In this document: positions 37,202 to 49,005 of the stretch, piece after piece
Layout: each line of letters opens with the position of its first letter
Numbering within the stretch: position 1 is the stretch's first letter
From: Verrucomicrobiota bacterium
GTDB taxonomy: Bacteria > Verrucomicrobiota > Verrucomicrobiia > Limisphaerales > UBA11358
Assembly (NCBI GenBank): GCA_049510395.1
Contig: JBEKYY010000013.1
Span: 22,332-86,331, forward strand
Length of the DNA: 64,000 nucleotides
Direction of reading: 5' to 3'
Made by a program: the position numbers and the translations under genes
The notes under the pieces: generated by a model
What the model was told of the DNA's origin: nothing
The model's database searches: none
The model's input: the letters and a program-made list of their open reading frames with translations, nothing else

Positions 37202-37240
37202 TAAAAGACCGGGCGGCATCGTAATCAGATGCGCCCGGTT
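37202..37240 (-). terminator. Putative terminator after rpsU
   Basis: accgggcgcatc...gatgccgcccggt stem plus T-rich tail on minus strand. Confidence 0.55.
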
Positions 37241-37255
37241 ATGGAAATTACAAAA

Positions 37256-37453
37256 TTACAGGTCGGCGTAGCGCGCGCTGAGCATCGCGGAAAAGCGCGC
37301 AGCTTTTTCCTTGCGACGCCGCTTTTCACTCGGCTTTTCAAAATGCCGGTGATTGCGCACGACCTTGAGGGTTCCTTCGCGGTCGACCTTTTTCTTCAGT
37401 CGCCGCAACGCACGTTCCACTGGTTCGCCTTTTTTTAATCTAATTTCGGTCAA
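37256..37453 (-). CDS. rpsU: 30S ribosomal protein S21
   Basis: GEPVERALRRLKK...HFEKPSEKRRRK. Confidence 0.95.
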   Translation of the reverse strand: MTEIRLKKGEPVERALRRLKKKVDREGTLKVVRNHRHFEKPSEKRRRKEKAARFSAMLSARYADL

Positions 37454-37599
37454 CGCAACTCACTTCCTTTCTGGGGGCGAGAAAATCCGCTCGCGGGCGG
37501 GGCTCGCAAATGGGCGCGTAGAATAGTTTTTCCGTCGCCGTTGTCAATGCGCAAAAGCAGACGCAAAAGCGGGTGCGCACCTTGACATGGCATCGGTTT

Positions 37600-37636
37600 T
37601 CTCCCTCTCCGCCAACGGAGTTGGGGGAGAGGGAGT
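37600..37636. repeat. CCCTCTCC-family hairpin
   Basis: ctccctctccgccaacggagttgggggagagggag; near-identical to 38795-38830. Confidence 0.8.
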
Positions 37637-37706
37637 TGGTGGCAGCATCACGATGCGTCCAAAAGCGGACGGTTGCTTTTACCCGCGGCAAAGTTATTCT
37701 GCCCCC

Positions 37707-38744
37707 ATGATTAAAGGAAAAAGGCCGGCCAAACCCGCCGATTTGGAGTTACAACGCCGCATCCAGGAACTCATCGCTTTCAAAGGCGGTGGCCACAATG
37801 AAAACGAAGTTGCCGACATCGTCGAAAACGCGCTCAAGCTGCTGGCTGACGTGAAGGAAACCGGCGACGTGCGGGTGATCCAGACCGCTCTGCGCGAATT
37901 GCGTTATGCCTTCCGCCTCTTCGCGCCGTATGCGCACGTTCGCAAGGTCACCATTTTCGGCTCGGCCCGGACGCAATCGGGCAAGGTGGAATATCAACAG
38001 GCCGTGGATTTCGGGCGCAAGATTGTGAAAGCCGGCTTCATGGTCATCACCGGCGCCGGACCGGGCATCATGCAGGCCGGGCACGAAGGCGCCGGGACCG
38101 CAAACAGTTTCGGGGTGAACATCCGTTTGCCGTGGGAACAAAGCGCGAATCCGGTCATTCGCGAGGACAAAAAACTGGTGACGTTCAAATACTTTTTCAC
38201 GCGCAAATTGATTTTCATCCGGCATTCGGACGCCATCGTGCTTTTCCCCGGCGGCTTCGGCACGCTCGACGAGGGATACGAGGCGCTCACGCTCATGCAA
38301 ACCGGCAAGAGCCAGCTCATGCCGCTTGTGCTCGTGGATTCCCCCGGCGGCACGTATTGGAAGACATGGGACAAAAACGTCCGCGAACACCTGCTCCGCA
38401 ACCAGTTGATTTCGCCCGACGATTTGAATCTTTACCGGATCACCGACGACACCAACGAAGCGGTGAAAATCATCACGCGCTTTTACCGGAATTTCCAATC
38501 CACCCGCTTCGTGAAGGATTTATTCATCATCCGGCTCAAAAACGCGCCGTCGGATTCCGCCCTGGCCGCGATGAACGAAGACTTCGCCGACATCATCAAT
38601 GGAGAGCCCATCAAATGCATCAAACCGACGCCGGAAGAAGTTGAAGGCCGGGACAGCCTGGACCTGGCGCGCATCGCGTTCGGCTTCAACCGCCGCGATT
38701 ACGGCCGCCTGCGGCAATTGATTGACGTGCTGAACGGGTTGTGA
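37707..38744 (+). CDS. LOG family nucleotide phosphoribohydrolase-like protein
   Basis: VTIFGSAR, TGAGPGIM, YFFTRK, PGGFGTLDE. Confidence 0.9.
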   Translation: MIKGKRPAKPADLELQRRIQELIAFKGGGHNENEVADIVENALKLLADVKETGDVRVIQTALRELRYAFRLFAPYAHVRKVTIFGSARTQSGKVEYQQAVDFGRKIVKAGFMVITGAGPGIMQAGHEGAGTANSFGVNIRLPWEQSANPVIREDKKLVTFKYFFTRKLIFIRHSDAIVLFPGGFGTLDEGYEALTLMQTGKSQLMPLVLVDSPGGTYWKTWDKNVREHLLRNQLISPDDLNLYRITDDTNEAVKIITRFYRNFQSTRFVKDLFIIRLKNAPSDSALAAMNEDFADIINGEPIKCIKPTPEEVEGRDSLDLARIAFGFNRRDYGRLRQLIDVLNGL

Positions 38745-38794
38745 GGGTAGGGACGCGCAGTCGACACTTTCCGCGCTTGACGGCCGCATTTCTT

Positions 38795-38830
38795 CCCCCT
38801 CTCCGCCAACGAAGTTGGGGGAGAGGTGGC
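38795..38830. repeat. CCCTCTCC-family left arm abutting the DUF559 stop codon
   Basis: ccccctctccgccaacgaagttgggggagaggtggc. Confidence 0.8.
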
Positions 38831-38835
38831 ATGTT

Positions 38836-39270
38836 TCAAAGCGGTGCTCGTGGAGGCTGAATCAATACATCAGCCTTCGGCGGAAGAAAGCGATGGTTTT
38901 GAACCTTCCGCACCACAGCCACACAACCCGTTCGCCGATGCAAAGCGTTCCAGATTTCCAACAGGATGCCTTCGCGGTTTTTTCGCCATTGATGATTCCA
39001 AAAGCGCAATTCTTCGATGCCCTCTGACGCCAGAAATTTATCACGTTCCTCGTCACGCTGGCGTTGCTCAGGCAGCCCATGCTGGAACCCGTCCAGCTCG
39101 ATGGATAACTTTGCGGTGGGACAATAAAAATCGAGAAAGTATTTCCCCAGCGGATGCTGGCGGCGAAATTTGAATCCCGCAAAACGCCCCGCTCGTAAAG
39201 CGCGCCACAAATCCTTTTCTTCGTCGGTTTGTTCACGACGGAGACGGCGGGCATTACCGATGGGATTCAT
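38836..39270 (-). CDS. DUF559 (Vsr-like) endonuclease domain protein
   Basis: ARRLRREQTDEE, KFRRQHPLGKYFLDFYC, IELDGFQH, RDEERD, LRFWN. Confidence 0.9.
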   Translation of the reverse strand: MNPIGNARRLRREQTDEEKDLWRALRAGRFAGFKFRRQHPLGKYFLDFYCPTAKLSIELDGFQHGLPEQRQRDEERDKFLASEGIEELRFWNHQWRKNREGILLEIWNALHRRTGCVAVVRKVQNHRFLPPKADVLIQPPRAPL

Positions 39271-39304
39271 GGACGCAGCGTAAATCATAATTTTTGAAAG
39301 ACAA

Positions 39305-39495
39305 CTCCTCTCCCTTGCCCTCTCCCCGCGCTGCGCGCGGAGAGAGGGAATGGAACCGGCTTCAACGGTTTGCACGTTGGCTAAAACTATTCTCCCTCTC
39401 CGCCGTCACCGACGGGGGAGAGGGACGGGGAGAGGTGGCGCTTTAGCTCAAATCCCCTCTCCCTGTCCCTCTCCCCGCTTTGCGGGGCGAGGGGA
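39305..39495. repeat. CCCTCTCC-family right arm plus one complete doublet
   Basis: Hairpins at 39305-39349, 39391-39438 and 39454-39495. Confidence 0.85.
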
Positions 39496-39584
39496 TAAGA
39501 ACGAGAAACGTTTGTTCCCTGGTTGCTTGATTGTTCATCCTCACCGCACTCGACAGTTTGCGTTCCGGTTGCTAGCGTTCGGCC

Positions 39585-40535
39585 ATGAATTTTCTGGTCA
39601 CCGGCGGGGCCGGCTTCATCGGTTCGCACGTTTGCGAACGTCTCCTGCACGACGGCCACGCAGTCTGGACGTTCGACGACCTCAATCCGTTTTACGACCC
39701 GCAACTCAAACGCCGGAACCTTCGCGACATCCAGTCACTCGCCAAACCATTTGAATTTGTCCACGGCGATCTGACCAACCGTGCCGCGCTCGACAATCTG
39801 TTTGACAGTGTGAAGTTCGACCAGGTCATCCACCTGGCCGCCCGCGCCGGTGTGCGGCCCAGCCTTGAAGAACCGGCGCTCTACCAGCGCGTTAACGTCG
39901 AAGGCACGGTCAATATTCTGGAAGCTGCGCGGAATCATCGCGTCAAAAAAGTCATCATCGCCTCGTCATCATCGGTCTATGGCGTGAACTCCAAGGTGCC
40001 GTTCAGTGAGAGCGACCCGATTTTTTCCGCCATTTCGCCTTACGCCGCCAGCAAGCTCGCCTGCGAAGCGCTCGGCCACGTTTATCATCACGTTTACGGC
40101 ATGGACGTGGCCGTGCTTCGCTTGTTCACGGTTTATGGTCCGCGCCAGCGGCCCGACCTGGCCATCCGCAAGTTTGCGACGCTCATTCACGCCGGCAAAC
40201 CGATTCCGGTCTTTGGCGATGGCAGCATGGCGCGCGATTACACCTACATCACCGATGCGCTCGACGGCATCATCGCCTGCACGCAAAAGGAATTCGGCTT
40301 TGAAATATTCAACCTCGGCGAGTCACAAACCGTGAAACTGAGCCGCGTCATCGAATTGCTCGAAGCCGCGCTCGGCAGGAAAACCGTCATTGACCGCCAG
40401 CCGCTGCAGCCCGGCGACGTGCCGGTCACGTTTGCCGACATTACGAAAGCGCGCGCCAGGCTGGGCTATAATCCGCAGGTCAGAATCGAGCCGGGCATCA
40501 AATTATTTATAGATTGGTTTCGGAAAACTGTTTAG
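39585..40535 (+). CDS. NAD-dependent nucleotide-sugar epimerase (UDP-glucuronate 4-epimerase-like)
   Basis: TGGAGFIG, HLAARAGVR, ASSSSVYG, YAASK, TVYGPRQRPDLA. Confidence 0.9.
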   Translation: MNFLVTGGAGFIGSHVCERLLHDGHAVWTFDDLNPFYDPQLKRRNLRDIQSLAKPFEFVHGDLTNRAALDNLFDSVKFDQVIHLAARAGVRPSLEEPALYQRVNVEGTVNILEAARNHRVKKVIIASSSSVYGVNSKVPFSESDPIFSAISPYAASKLACEALGHVYHHVYGMDVAVLRLFTVYGPRQRPDLAIRKFATLIHAGKPIPVFGDGSMARDYTYITDALDGIIACTQKEFGFEIFNLGESQTVKLSRVIELLEAALGRKTVIDRQPLQPGDVPVTFADITKARARLGYNPQVRIEPGIKLFIDWFRKTV

Positions 40536-40544
40536 AATTCCGGC

Positions 40545-41129
40545 ATGAAATCGGAAGCGCCGTTTACACGCCCCTCGTTGAAGGAAGCTCTCGACGCCTG
40601 GAAAAAAGTGCTCGCCGAACGCGGTTTCGCAACGGACATCATCTGGATTTTCGCGGAAAATCTTTGCGTTGAAAAATCGCGCGCCGAGCAGGGTGGCTTT
40701 CATTTTGGTTTTCAAACCCGGTTTACGCCGCCGCCCGAGGATGCGCTCGACACCGCGTTCGCCCATTTTTCCGAATCCAACAAACCGGTGGTTTTTTACC
40801 GGCTCGGCGAACGTCCGGGCAAGTCCGTCTGCGCTTTGCTGTGCGATTCGTGGTTTGAGCGCCGGAGAGATGCCGACGGGTTTTTGCGCCGCGACGACTG
40901 GCGGGTCTTGTTTTATCCCGGCCAGAAGGATGAAATCGAGGAAGTCACCGATCTGACCCGCTGGTTGCGGCGCGTCAAACGCGACCGTGCGTTTCATGAT
41001 CTGGATTTTTGCATGGCGCTGGAGGCGATTGACGAGATCAAAATTTACGGCCGTGTGCTCATGCCTTACGAACGCCTGGCCGAAGCCATGCTTGGCCGCC
41101 TCCGCCGGTTTTTGGGACAGCCCGCTTGA
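40545..41129 (+). CDS. Hypothetical protein
   Basis: Operonic spacing and normal codon pattern; no recognised motif. Confidence 0.7.
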   Translation: MKSEAPFTRPSLKEALDAWKKVLAERGFATDIIWIFAENLCVEKSRAEQGGFHFGFQTRFTPPPEDALDTAFAHFSESNKPVVFYRLGERPGKSVCALLCDSWFERRRDADGFLRRDDWRVLFYPGQKDEIEEVTDLTRWLRRVKRDRAFHDLDFCMALEAIDEIKIYGRVLMPYERLAEAMLGRLRRFLGQPA

Positions 41130-41262
41130 CACCGGGCGCCCCGGCGCGTTTTTTTGCTGTCAAATCCCAGGACAAATCCTGTCTTGCGTGCCTTTTTCGC
41201 GTCATCTTTTTGTTCATTCCCCGCCGGCATCCGGTGGCCCGGCCAATGCTCGACTGCATGGC

Positions 41263-41427
41263 ATGACTAAAATTGCTTACAACGTGAGCAGGAAGAGCCA
41301 TATTTTTAATACTGCGCTCGTCCCGGCCAACCACTCGGAAGAGGCCCGGTTTGGCGCGATTGATGGGGCAGTCATTATCTTCTTTCTCCTCTGCGTCGCG
41401 GGATTCATCTGTTTCCTCGTGGCCTAA
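41263..41427 (+). CDS. Possible small single-pass membrane protein
   Basis: C-terminal hydrophobic helix AVIIFFLLCVAGFICFLVA. Confidence 0.35.
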   Translation: MTKIAYNVSRKSHIFNTALVPANHSEEARFGAIDGAVIIFFLLCVAGFICFLVA

Positions 41428-41566
41428 AGGCTTCGGTTTAGGGTGAGATCGCGGAAGGTGCTTGCTTCGGCCTGAAAAATGGCCGCTGGCGGCCTCACAA
41501 AAAACCGTCCTTTCCTCCGCAGCGTCGCCACCCCATTTCGGGGTTGACTCTCCGCCCAGGCCGTTT

Positions 41567-42754
41567 TCACTTTGCTTTCGCCGGCGGCGCGTTGGTCTTG
41601 AACGCAGAGCGCAACAGCCAATGGTGTTTCAGTCCCTGAACAAAATCATCGGCATCAGTGACGGTTTTGGAAATCCCGCCCAGCATGTTCGTGTTCGCCT
41701 GGACCTGCGCGTTGAGATTGCTCGTGATGTCTGCGAGGTGCATGAGCAGCGTATCCACATTCGTTAAGCTGCACTGCAATTGGTCGTTACCATTCGTGCC
41801 CAGCGCCCAGACCCCAAGTCCGCCCGGCCCGCGCAATTGACCGCTGATCATCGCAAAATTCGTAATCATCGGCCGCGCTTCAACAATGGTCGTGTTGAGA
41901 TTCGACGTGGCGTCCGCCGCGTTGTCCAGCACGATGGCGATTTTGTTCGTCAGCTCAAGGATTCCCGGCAAGGCCGACTGCACCTGTGAGACCATCGCCT
42001 GCAACTGGTCGGAAACCGGCGGCGTTTCCACGGCGCGCAGCCAGGCGGTGTCGTCGCCGGGCTTGAAAATCTTGTAATGATGATAACGCCCGTCCCACGA
42101 CGCCACGATGCGCTTGCGATTCACGGTGTTGTTGTAGGCATAAATGGCATCCGGCTTCAACGCTGCGATGATCTGCAGATTCGACACGGTCAACGTGTCG
42201 TAAGCACGGAAAACGATGTTGGAATTGGCATCAAAGACATCTTGGGAAAGCTGCCACCGGCCGGGTTCGGCGGCGACGTCCCGCGCAAGTTCGTCAAGAT
42301 CGGTGAACATTGTCACCGGCTGTGTGACGCAGATGGCGTAGCCGTTCGTCGCGCGTGTGACTTCAAGCTGCCGCTGGTTTAGAAATCCGGCGGCGTTGAT
42401 TTTTGCATACGAGCCGCCGGTCCAGATGTAACGGAAGAACGGATCGAGAATTTCAAATTCAACGCGCACATTGTGCTGATCACCCGGCGGCATCGCGTGA
42501 ATCAGCGTAATCTGACCGACTGGAAAACCCATCATCACCACGGAGTCGCCCACGTTCAAACCGGCCGAACTTTGGACGTAGGTGTGAAACGGCGCCTTGA
42601 TGACGAACCAGCCCTTCCGCTCCGCCGTGTGGTAAATGTAATAGCCGAAGCCGAACACCAGCAGCACCGCCGCCAGAAACACAAACCAGCCCACGGCGCG
42701 TTCCATGCGGCTCAGGCGCGTTCGTAATTGCGGGGTCAAATCTTGTAGTGCCAT
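41567..42754 (-). CDS. MlaD/MCE family protein
   Basis: N-terminal TM helix, AGLNVGDSVVMMGFPVGQI, helical C-terminus. Confidence 0.85.
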   Translation of the reverse strand: MALQDLTPQLRTRLSRMERAVGWFVFLAAVLLVFGFGYYIYHTAERKGWFVIKAPFHTYVQSSAGLNVGDSVVMMGFPVGQITLIHAMPPGDQHNVRVEFEILDPFFRYIWTGGSYAKINAAGFLNQRQLEVTRATNGYAICVTQPVTMFTDLDELARDVAAEPGRWQLSQDVFDANSNIVFRAYDTLTVSNLQIIAALKPDAIYAYNNTVNRKRIVASWDGRYHHYKIFKPGDDTAWLRAVETPPVSDQLQAMVSQVQSALPGILELTNKIAIVLDNAADATSNLNTTIVEARPMITNFAMISGQLRGPGGLGVWALGTNGNDQLQCSLTNVDTLLMHLADITSNLNAQVQANTNMLGGISKTVTDADDFVQGLKHHWLLRSAFKTNAPPAKAK

Positions 42755-42761
42755 GTCTGCC

Positions 42762-43547
42762 TCACATTGTTTCCTCGACCGGGACGGCCTGCAATTCTTT
42801 TACGACCGGGTCCTTCGACGCTTCCACGTCGCTCCAGGAACCGAGCGGGGAAAATTTTTTGTCATGCAACAGCGCGAACTTCCGTTGTGCGTTCTGCCAC
42901 GGGCGCAAATCGTCCGTGGTTGCGGCCAGCGTCAACGGCCGGCCGCCGAGCCAGTTGTGTCCGCGCCCCAACTGGTCCAGAAAGCGCAGCCACCATTGCC
43001 GGTGCCGCGCATCCAGCCAGCTCAGCGGGTTGTCCAGCAGCAACAACTCCGGCTTGAGTGCCAGCGCCCGGGCCAGCGCCGCGCGTTGCAGCCAGTTGCC
43101 GCTGATGTTCGCCGGCGTGATGTCGGCCAGCGGCGTCAATTCCATCAATTTCAGCAGCGTCTGTACTTCCGACGCCGCCGCGCCGGCGGACAAATTCCGA
43201 TGATATTGCAAAGGCAACGCCACATTCTCGCGGATTGTCAAATGATTGAACAAATGCCCGCCTTCGAAGACAAATCCCACGCGCAGCCGCTCGGCCAGTT
43301 CCGCCTCGCCGAAGATCCGGGTGTCCCTCCCAAAAAGCCGGCAACTGCCCTTGACCGGCGACATCAACCCGGCGGTCAGCATCAGAAAATCGCTCTTGCC
43401 CGAATGTTGCTGCCCGGCGATGACCCAGAATTCACCGGGGGCCACCGTCCAGTTCGCGTCCTCAACCACGATAAAGCTGACGTCGCGCATGGTCCCAACG
43501 CTGACACCGCGCATCTCAATCGCCGCCTGGTTCTGGTTTTCGCTCAT
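42762..43547 (-). CDS. MlaF-like ABC ATP-binding protein with degenerate motifs
   Basis: GQQHSGKS, LTIRENVALPL, LARALALKPELLLLDNP. Confidence 0.8.
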   Translation of the reverse strand: MSENQNQAAIEMRGVSVGTMRDVSFIVVEDANWTVAPGEFWVIAGQQHSGKSDFLMLTAGLMSPVKGSCRLFGRDTRIFGEAELAERLRVGFVFEGGHLFNHLTIRENVALPLQYHRNLSAGAAASEVQTLLKLMELTPLADITPANISGNWLQRAALARALALKPELLLLDNPLSWLDARHRQWWLRFLDQLGRGHNWLGGRPLTLAATTDDLRPWQNAQRKFALLHDKKFSPLGSWSDVEASKDPVVKELQAVPVEETM

Positions 43548-44404
43548 GTGACGAGATAAAGCAGGATGAACAGCGCATCAATCAGGATGCACACGATGAC
43601 GCCCTGCGTTACCGCGCGCACCGCCACGCGCGAGACCTCTTCGAGCCGCAACGGCTGCGCCAGCCCGTAATAGCACGTCACAATGGCGATGAAAAACCCG
43701 AACCCGAGTGTTTTCAGCGCCAGCAGTGCAAAATCCAGCCAGTTCAACGCCTCGGCCAGTTGTTTGAAATACTCCCCCGGGGTCAGGGGCACGTCCTGCA
43801 AAAATGCCCACAAATAACCGCTCCCCAGCGCGCCGATGATCAAATAAACCGTCAGCGCAAAAGTCCCCGCCATCATCCCCCACACCCGCGGCACGATCAG
43901 GTAATGCACCGGGTCAATGCCCAATGCCTCCAGTGCTTCGACCTCGCCCATGGCGCGGGCCGTGCCGAGTTCAATCACGTGTGCCGTCCCCACCCGCGCC
44001 AGCACCAGCATCGCGGTCAGCAGCGGCCCCAGCTCGCGCACCACCACAATCACCATGGTCGAGCCGAGGTAACCCGTCGCGCCCACCCGTGCCAGAGCAG
44101 ACACCGTCTGCCCGATGACGAGAAATCCCAGGGCGGCGGCAATGAACAAAAACATCGGCAACAGCGCCACGCCGGCGCGGACGATTTCCTGCCGGATGCG
44201 CGGCCCCGTCACGTTTCGCGCCACGCCGGATTTTTTCAACATGACCCCCAGCGTGATCAAGGCAAATGCGCCCAGCCCCTGGATGGTGAGGAGCAACAGG
44301 AACAATTTCCGGCCCAGCAGGTCGGTGTAGGATTTTGACAGGGCGGCCCGGCGAAACACCTGCGTGTTCGTCAATTCAAAGGCCTTGGCCAGGTTCCCGC
44401 GCAT
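43544..44404 (-). CDS. MlaE family ABC permease
   Basis: VVRELGPLLTA, ELGTARAMGEVEAL...GIDPVHYLIVPR. Confidence 0.88.
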   Translation of the reverse strand: MRGNLAKAFELTNTQVFRRAALSKSYTDLLGRKLFLLLLTIQGLGAFALITLGVMLKKSGVARNVTGPRIRQEIVRAGVALLPMFLFIAAALGFLVIGQTVSALARVGATGYLGSTMVIVVVRELGPLLTAMLVLARVGTAHVIELGTARAMGEVEALEALGIDPVHYLIVPRVWGMMAGTFALTVYLIIGALGSGYLWAFLQDVPLTPGEYFKQLAEALNWLDFALLALKTLGFGFFIAIVTCYYGLAQPLRLEEVSRVAVRAVTQGVIVCILIDALFILLYLVT

Positions 44405-44449
44405 CCCGGCAGCGTAAAACTCCGCCGTCAGCCGGTCAAAAAGGTTTTT

Positions 44450-46588
<2,139 letters not shown>

Positions 46589-46590
46589 TT

Positions 46591-46651
46591 GGTAGGGCTG
46601 CGTTGCTCCGCAGCCCAAATATACGGGGCGGCGCGGCAGCGCCGCCCTACC
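46591..46651. repeat. GGTAGGG...CCCTACC REP-like element
   Basis: ggtagggctgcgttgctccgcagccc ... gggcggcgcggcagcgccgccctacc. Confidence 0.8.
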
Positions 46652-46684
46652 AGCTCAATACACGCGGACAAGCTGTCCGCGCTC

Positions 46685-47368
46685 CTATCCCAACCGATGT
46701 CTGAATTCCGCACAGGCCTTCATCACATCGTTTGCGTTCAAAATCGCCGACACTACACAAACGCGCTTTGCGCCGGCTGCCAACACGTCATCCAGCGTCC
46801 GCAAATTGATGCCGCCGATGGCAAACCACGGAATCTTCACGTTCTCCGCCGCCCAGCGGACGTATTCCAGCGTCACCGGTTTCGCCGTCGGTTTGGTGCC
46901 CGTCGCATAGACCGGCCCGATGGCGATGTAATCCGGTCCGGCGGCCAGCGCGCGTTCCGCCTGCTCGGGAGCGTGCGTCGAAAGACCGATCCGCACTTCG
47001 GGTAGGGTCGCACCGCCGGGGCGACCGGGCGGACGCCGCAGCGCGGCGTCCCTACCTTTGAGTTGAGAGACGTGCGTGTGCCCGGCGTCAAAAAAATCTT
47101 CCTGTCCTAGGTGGCAAAATTCCGCGCCGGTTTCGCGCGCGATGTCCAGATGGTCGTTGATGACCAACCCGACATTCGCGCGCCGCGTGACGGGCAGAAT
47201 CCTTTCGGCCATGCGGCGGATTTCATCCGGCGTGGATTTTTTGGCCCGGAGCTGGATCAAATCCGCGCCGCCGTCGCAGAGTTGTTGCGCAATGACTTCC
47301 GGCGCGCGGCCATGGAAGTAAGCCGTGTCCACGAACGCGTAAAGCCGGCAGTCCGCGAGCGGTTTCAT
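46685..47368 (-). CDS. thiE: Thiamine-phosphate synthase with in-frame palindromic insertion
   Basis: IQLRAK, INDH, HLGQED, IGLSTH, TGTKP, FAIGGI. Confidence 0.92.
   Translation of the reverse strand: MKPLADCRLYAFVDTAYFHGRAPEVIAQQLCDGGADLIQLRAKKSTPDEIRRMAERILPVTRRANVGLVINDHLDIARETGAEFCHLGQEDFFDAGHTHVSQLKGRDAALRRPPGRPGGATLPEVRIGLSTHAPEQAERALAAGPDYIAIGPVYATGTKPTAKPVTLEYVRWAAENVKIPWFAIGGINLRTLDDVLAAGAKRVCVVSAILNANDVMKACAEFRHRLG
47001..47056. repeat. GGTAGGG...CCCTACC element inside thiE
   Basis: 7-bp terminal inverted repeats with two internal hairpins; encodes GRDAALRRPPGRPGGATLP. Confidence 0.85.
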
Positions 47369-47564
47369 GGAGATAATTTAACCACGAAACACACGAAACA
47401 CACGAAAGAGTTCGGGGAATCCGGAAAGTCCAGATGCTTCGCGAATTTGGGGCGCAATCGTTTGTGAATGACGCCTCTGGTGAGGTGGGGCTCATGTTTG
47501 GAGTGCGGTGACATGTCACCGCTTTCCAAAGCGCCGACACGTCGGCGCAGTCCGAAACTAAAGC

Positions 47565-47597
47565 AAAAACGGCGGCGGGAAAATTTCCCCGCCGCCG
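47565..47597 (-). terminator. Rho-independent terminator after pfp
   Basis: cggcggcggg stem plus TTTT on minus strand. Confidence 0.7.
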
Positions 47598-47614
47598 GGA
47601 GCGTTGGTAAAACC

Positions 47615-48901
47615 TTACTTCACGCCGACGAGATAACCGAAGCGTTCGCGGAACTGATTGGGCGTCATGGAAACAACGGCGGCAAGCCGGGAGAGCTGGT
47701 TCGCGTCTTCGAAGTCTTCGCGTTCCAATCGGATCATGTAATGGCAGGCGCATTCGTAGGCTTCGCCGTCCACATTGACCGGGCGCGTTTGCATGCGGCC
47801 GGTCTTCGGATTGAGCATTTTGTCGAACGGCAGCGGAATCATTTTGCCATCCACGAAGCTGATGATGGCGCCGTATTTTTCGGCTTCGGGCGAAAGCAGA
47901 AATTTCACCGCGGCATAACCGAGGTCGCGCGTGTATTCGGCATCGAACGGAATCGGGTCGGCGCAGCGGAGTTCGTAACCGAGATCCTTGTCAATGAACG
48001 CCATTTTAATGCCGAGCTTTTCGAGACGCGCGGTCAGCAGCTCTTTCATCAGACGGCCAAATTCAATTTCACCGAGACGCAAATGGCCGTGCTCGTCGCG
48101 AGCGACTTTGCCGAAACGTTCCAAATGTCCGTCGGGTAGCGCCTTGACCAGGCCCTTTTCGCCCATCGCTTCGATAAGGCCTTCAGCGAGAATGACGATG
48201 CCGTATTGCGTACCATTGGCGCGGCGCTTGATGATGGAACCGATGATGATGTCGCAGACTTCATCAATCGTGACCTGCCGTCCGCGAAATTCCTCCGGAA
48301 TGATGGCAAGCGTGGCCGCAGCGGCCTTGGCGATGCCGAGCGCGAGATGTCCCGCCGCGCGTCCCATGCTGATGATGAGATACCAGCGCGAAGTGGTGCG
48401 CGCGTCCTCGGCGAGATTGCGGACGATTTGGACCCCGTAGTGCCGCGCGGTTTCAAATCCAAATGTCGGCGTCGAACCGGGCAGCGGCAGATCGTTGTCA
48501 ATCGTCTTGGGCACGTGCGCGACCTTGATGCGGCCTTTGCTTTGTTTGGCCACGACGCTGGCGGAAAACGCCGTGTCGTCGCCGCCGATGGTGACCAGCG
48601 CGGTGATGCCCAGCTTTTCAAAAACGCTGAAGACATTTTTCATCTGCGTTTCCGACTTCGTGGGATTCGTGCGGGCGGTTCCCAGGATGGAGCCGCCGCG
48701 CAGATGGATTTCCCTCACGTCAGGGATCGCCAGCGGCCGGCAATACTGCGCCTCGCCCTGCGCGAGCCACTTGAAGCCGTCCCGGAAGCCGATGACTTCG
48801 TAGCCCTGGTTGATGCCTTCGATGGTGGCCGCCGCGATGACGCCGTTGATGCCCGGCGCCGGGCCGCCACCGACCAAAACTCCCAATTTGCCTTCGCTCA
48901 T
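47615..48901 (-). CDS. pfp: Phosphofructokinase, probably PPi-dependent
   Basis: GGGPAPGIN, GGDD (PPi-type), PKTIDND, MGR, GYELR. Confidence 0.88.
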   Translation of the reverse strand: MSEGKLGVLVGGGPAPGINGVIAAATIEGINQGYEVIGFRDGFKWLAQGEAQYCRPLAIPDVREIHLRGGSILGTARTNPTKSETQMKNVFSVFEKLGITALVTIGGDDTAFSASVVAKQSKGRIKVAHVPKTIDNDLPLPGSTPTFGFETARHYGVQIVRNLAEDARTTSRWYLIISMGRAAGHLALGIAKAAAATLAIIPEEFRGRQVTIDEVCDIIIGSIIKRRANGTQYGIVILAEGLIEAMGEKGLVKALPDGHLERFGKVARDEHGHLRLGEIEFGRLMKELLTARLEKLGIKMAFIDKDLGYELRCADPIPFDAEYTRDLGYAAVKFLLSPEAEKYGAIISFVDGKMIPLPFDKMLNPKTGRMQTRPVNVDGEAYECACHYMIRLEREDFEDANQLSRLAAVVSMTPNQFRERFGYLVGVK

Positions 48902-49005
48902 TAAATTAGTTTGTTAGTTGTAAAAACCGAAACTGCCATAAAATGCGCAAGCACCGGAAAGAATTCAATTCCATTCTTGCCGTAATCAAACCACAATTTG
49001 CCGAA

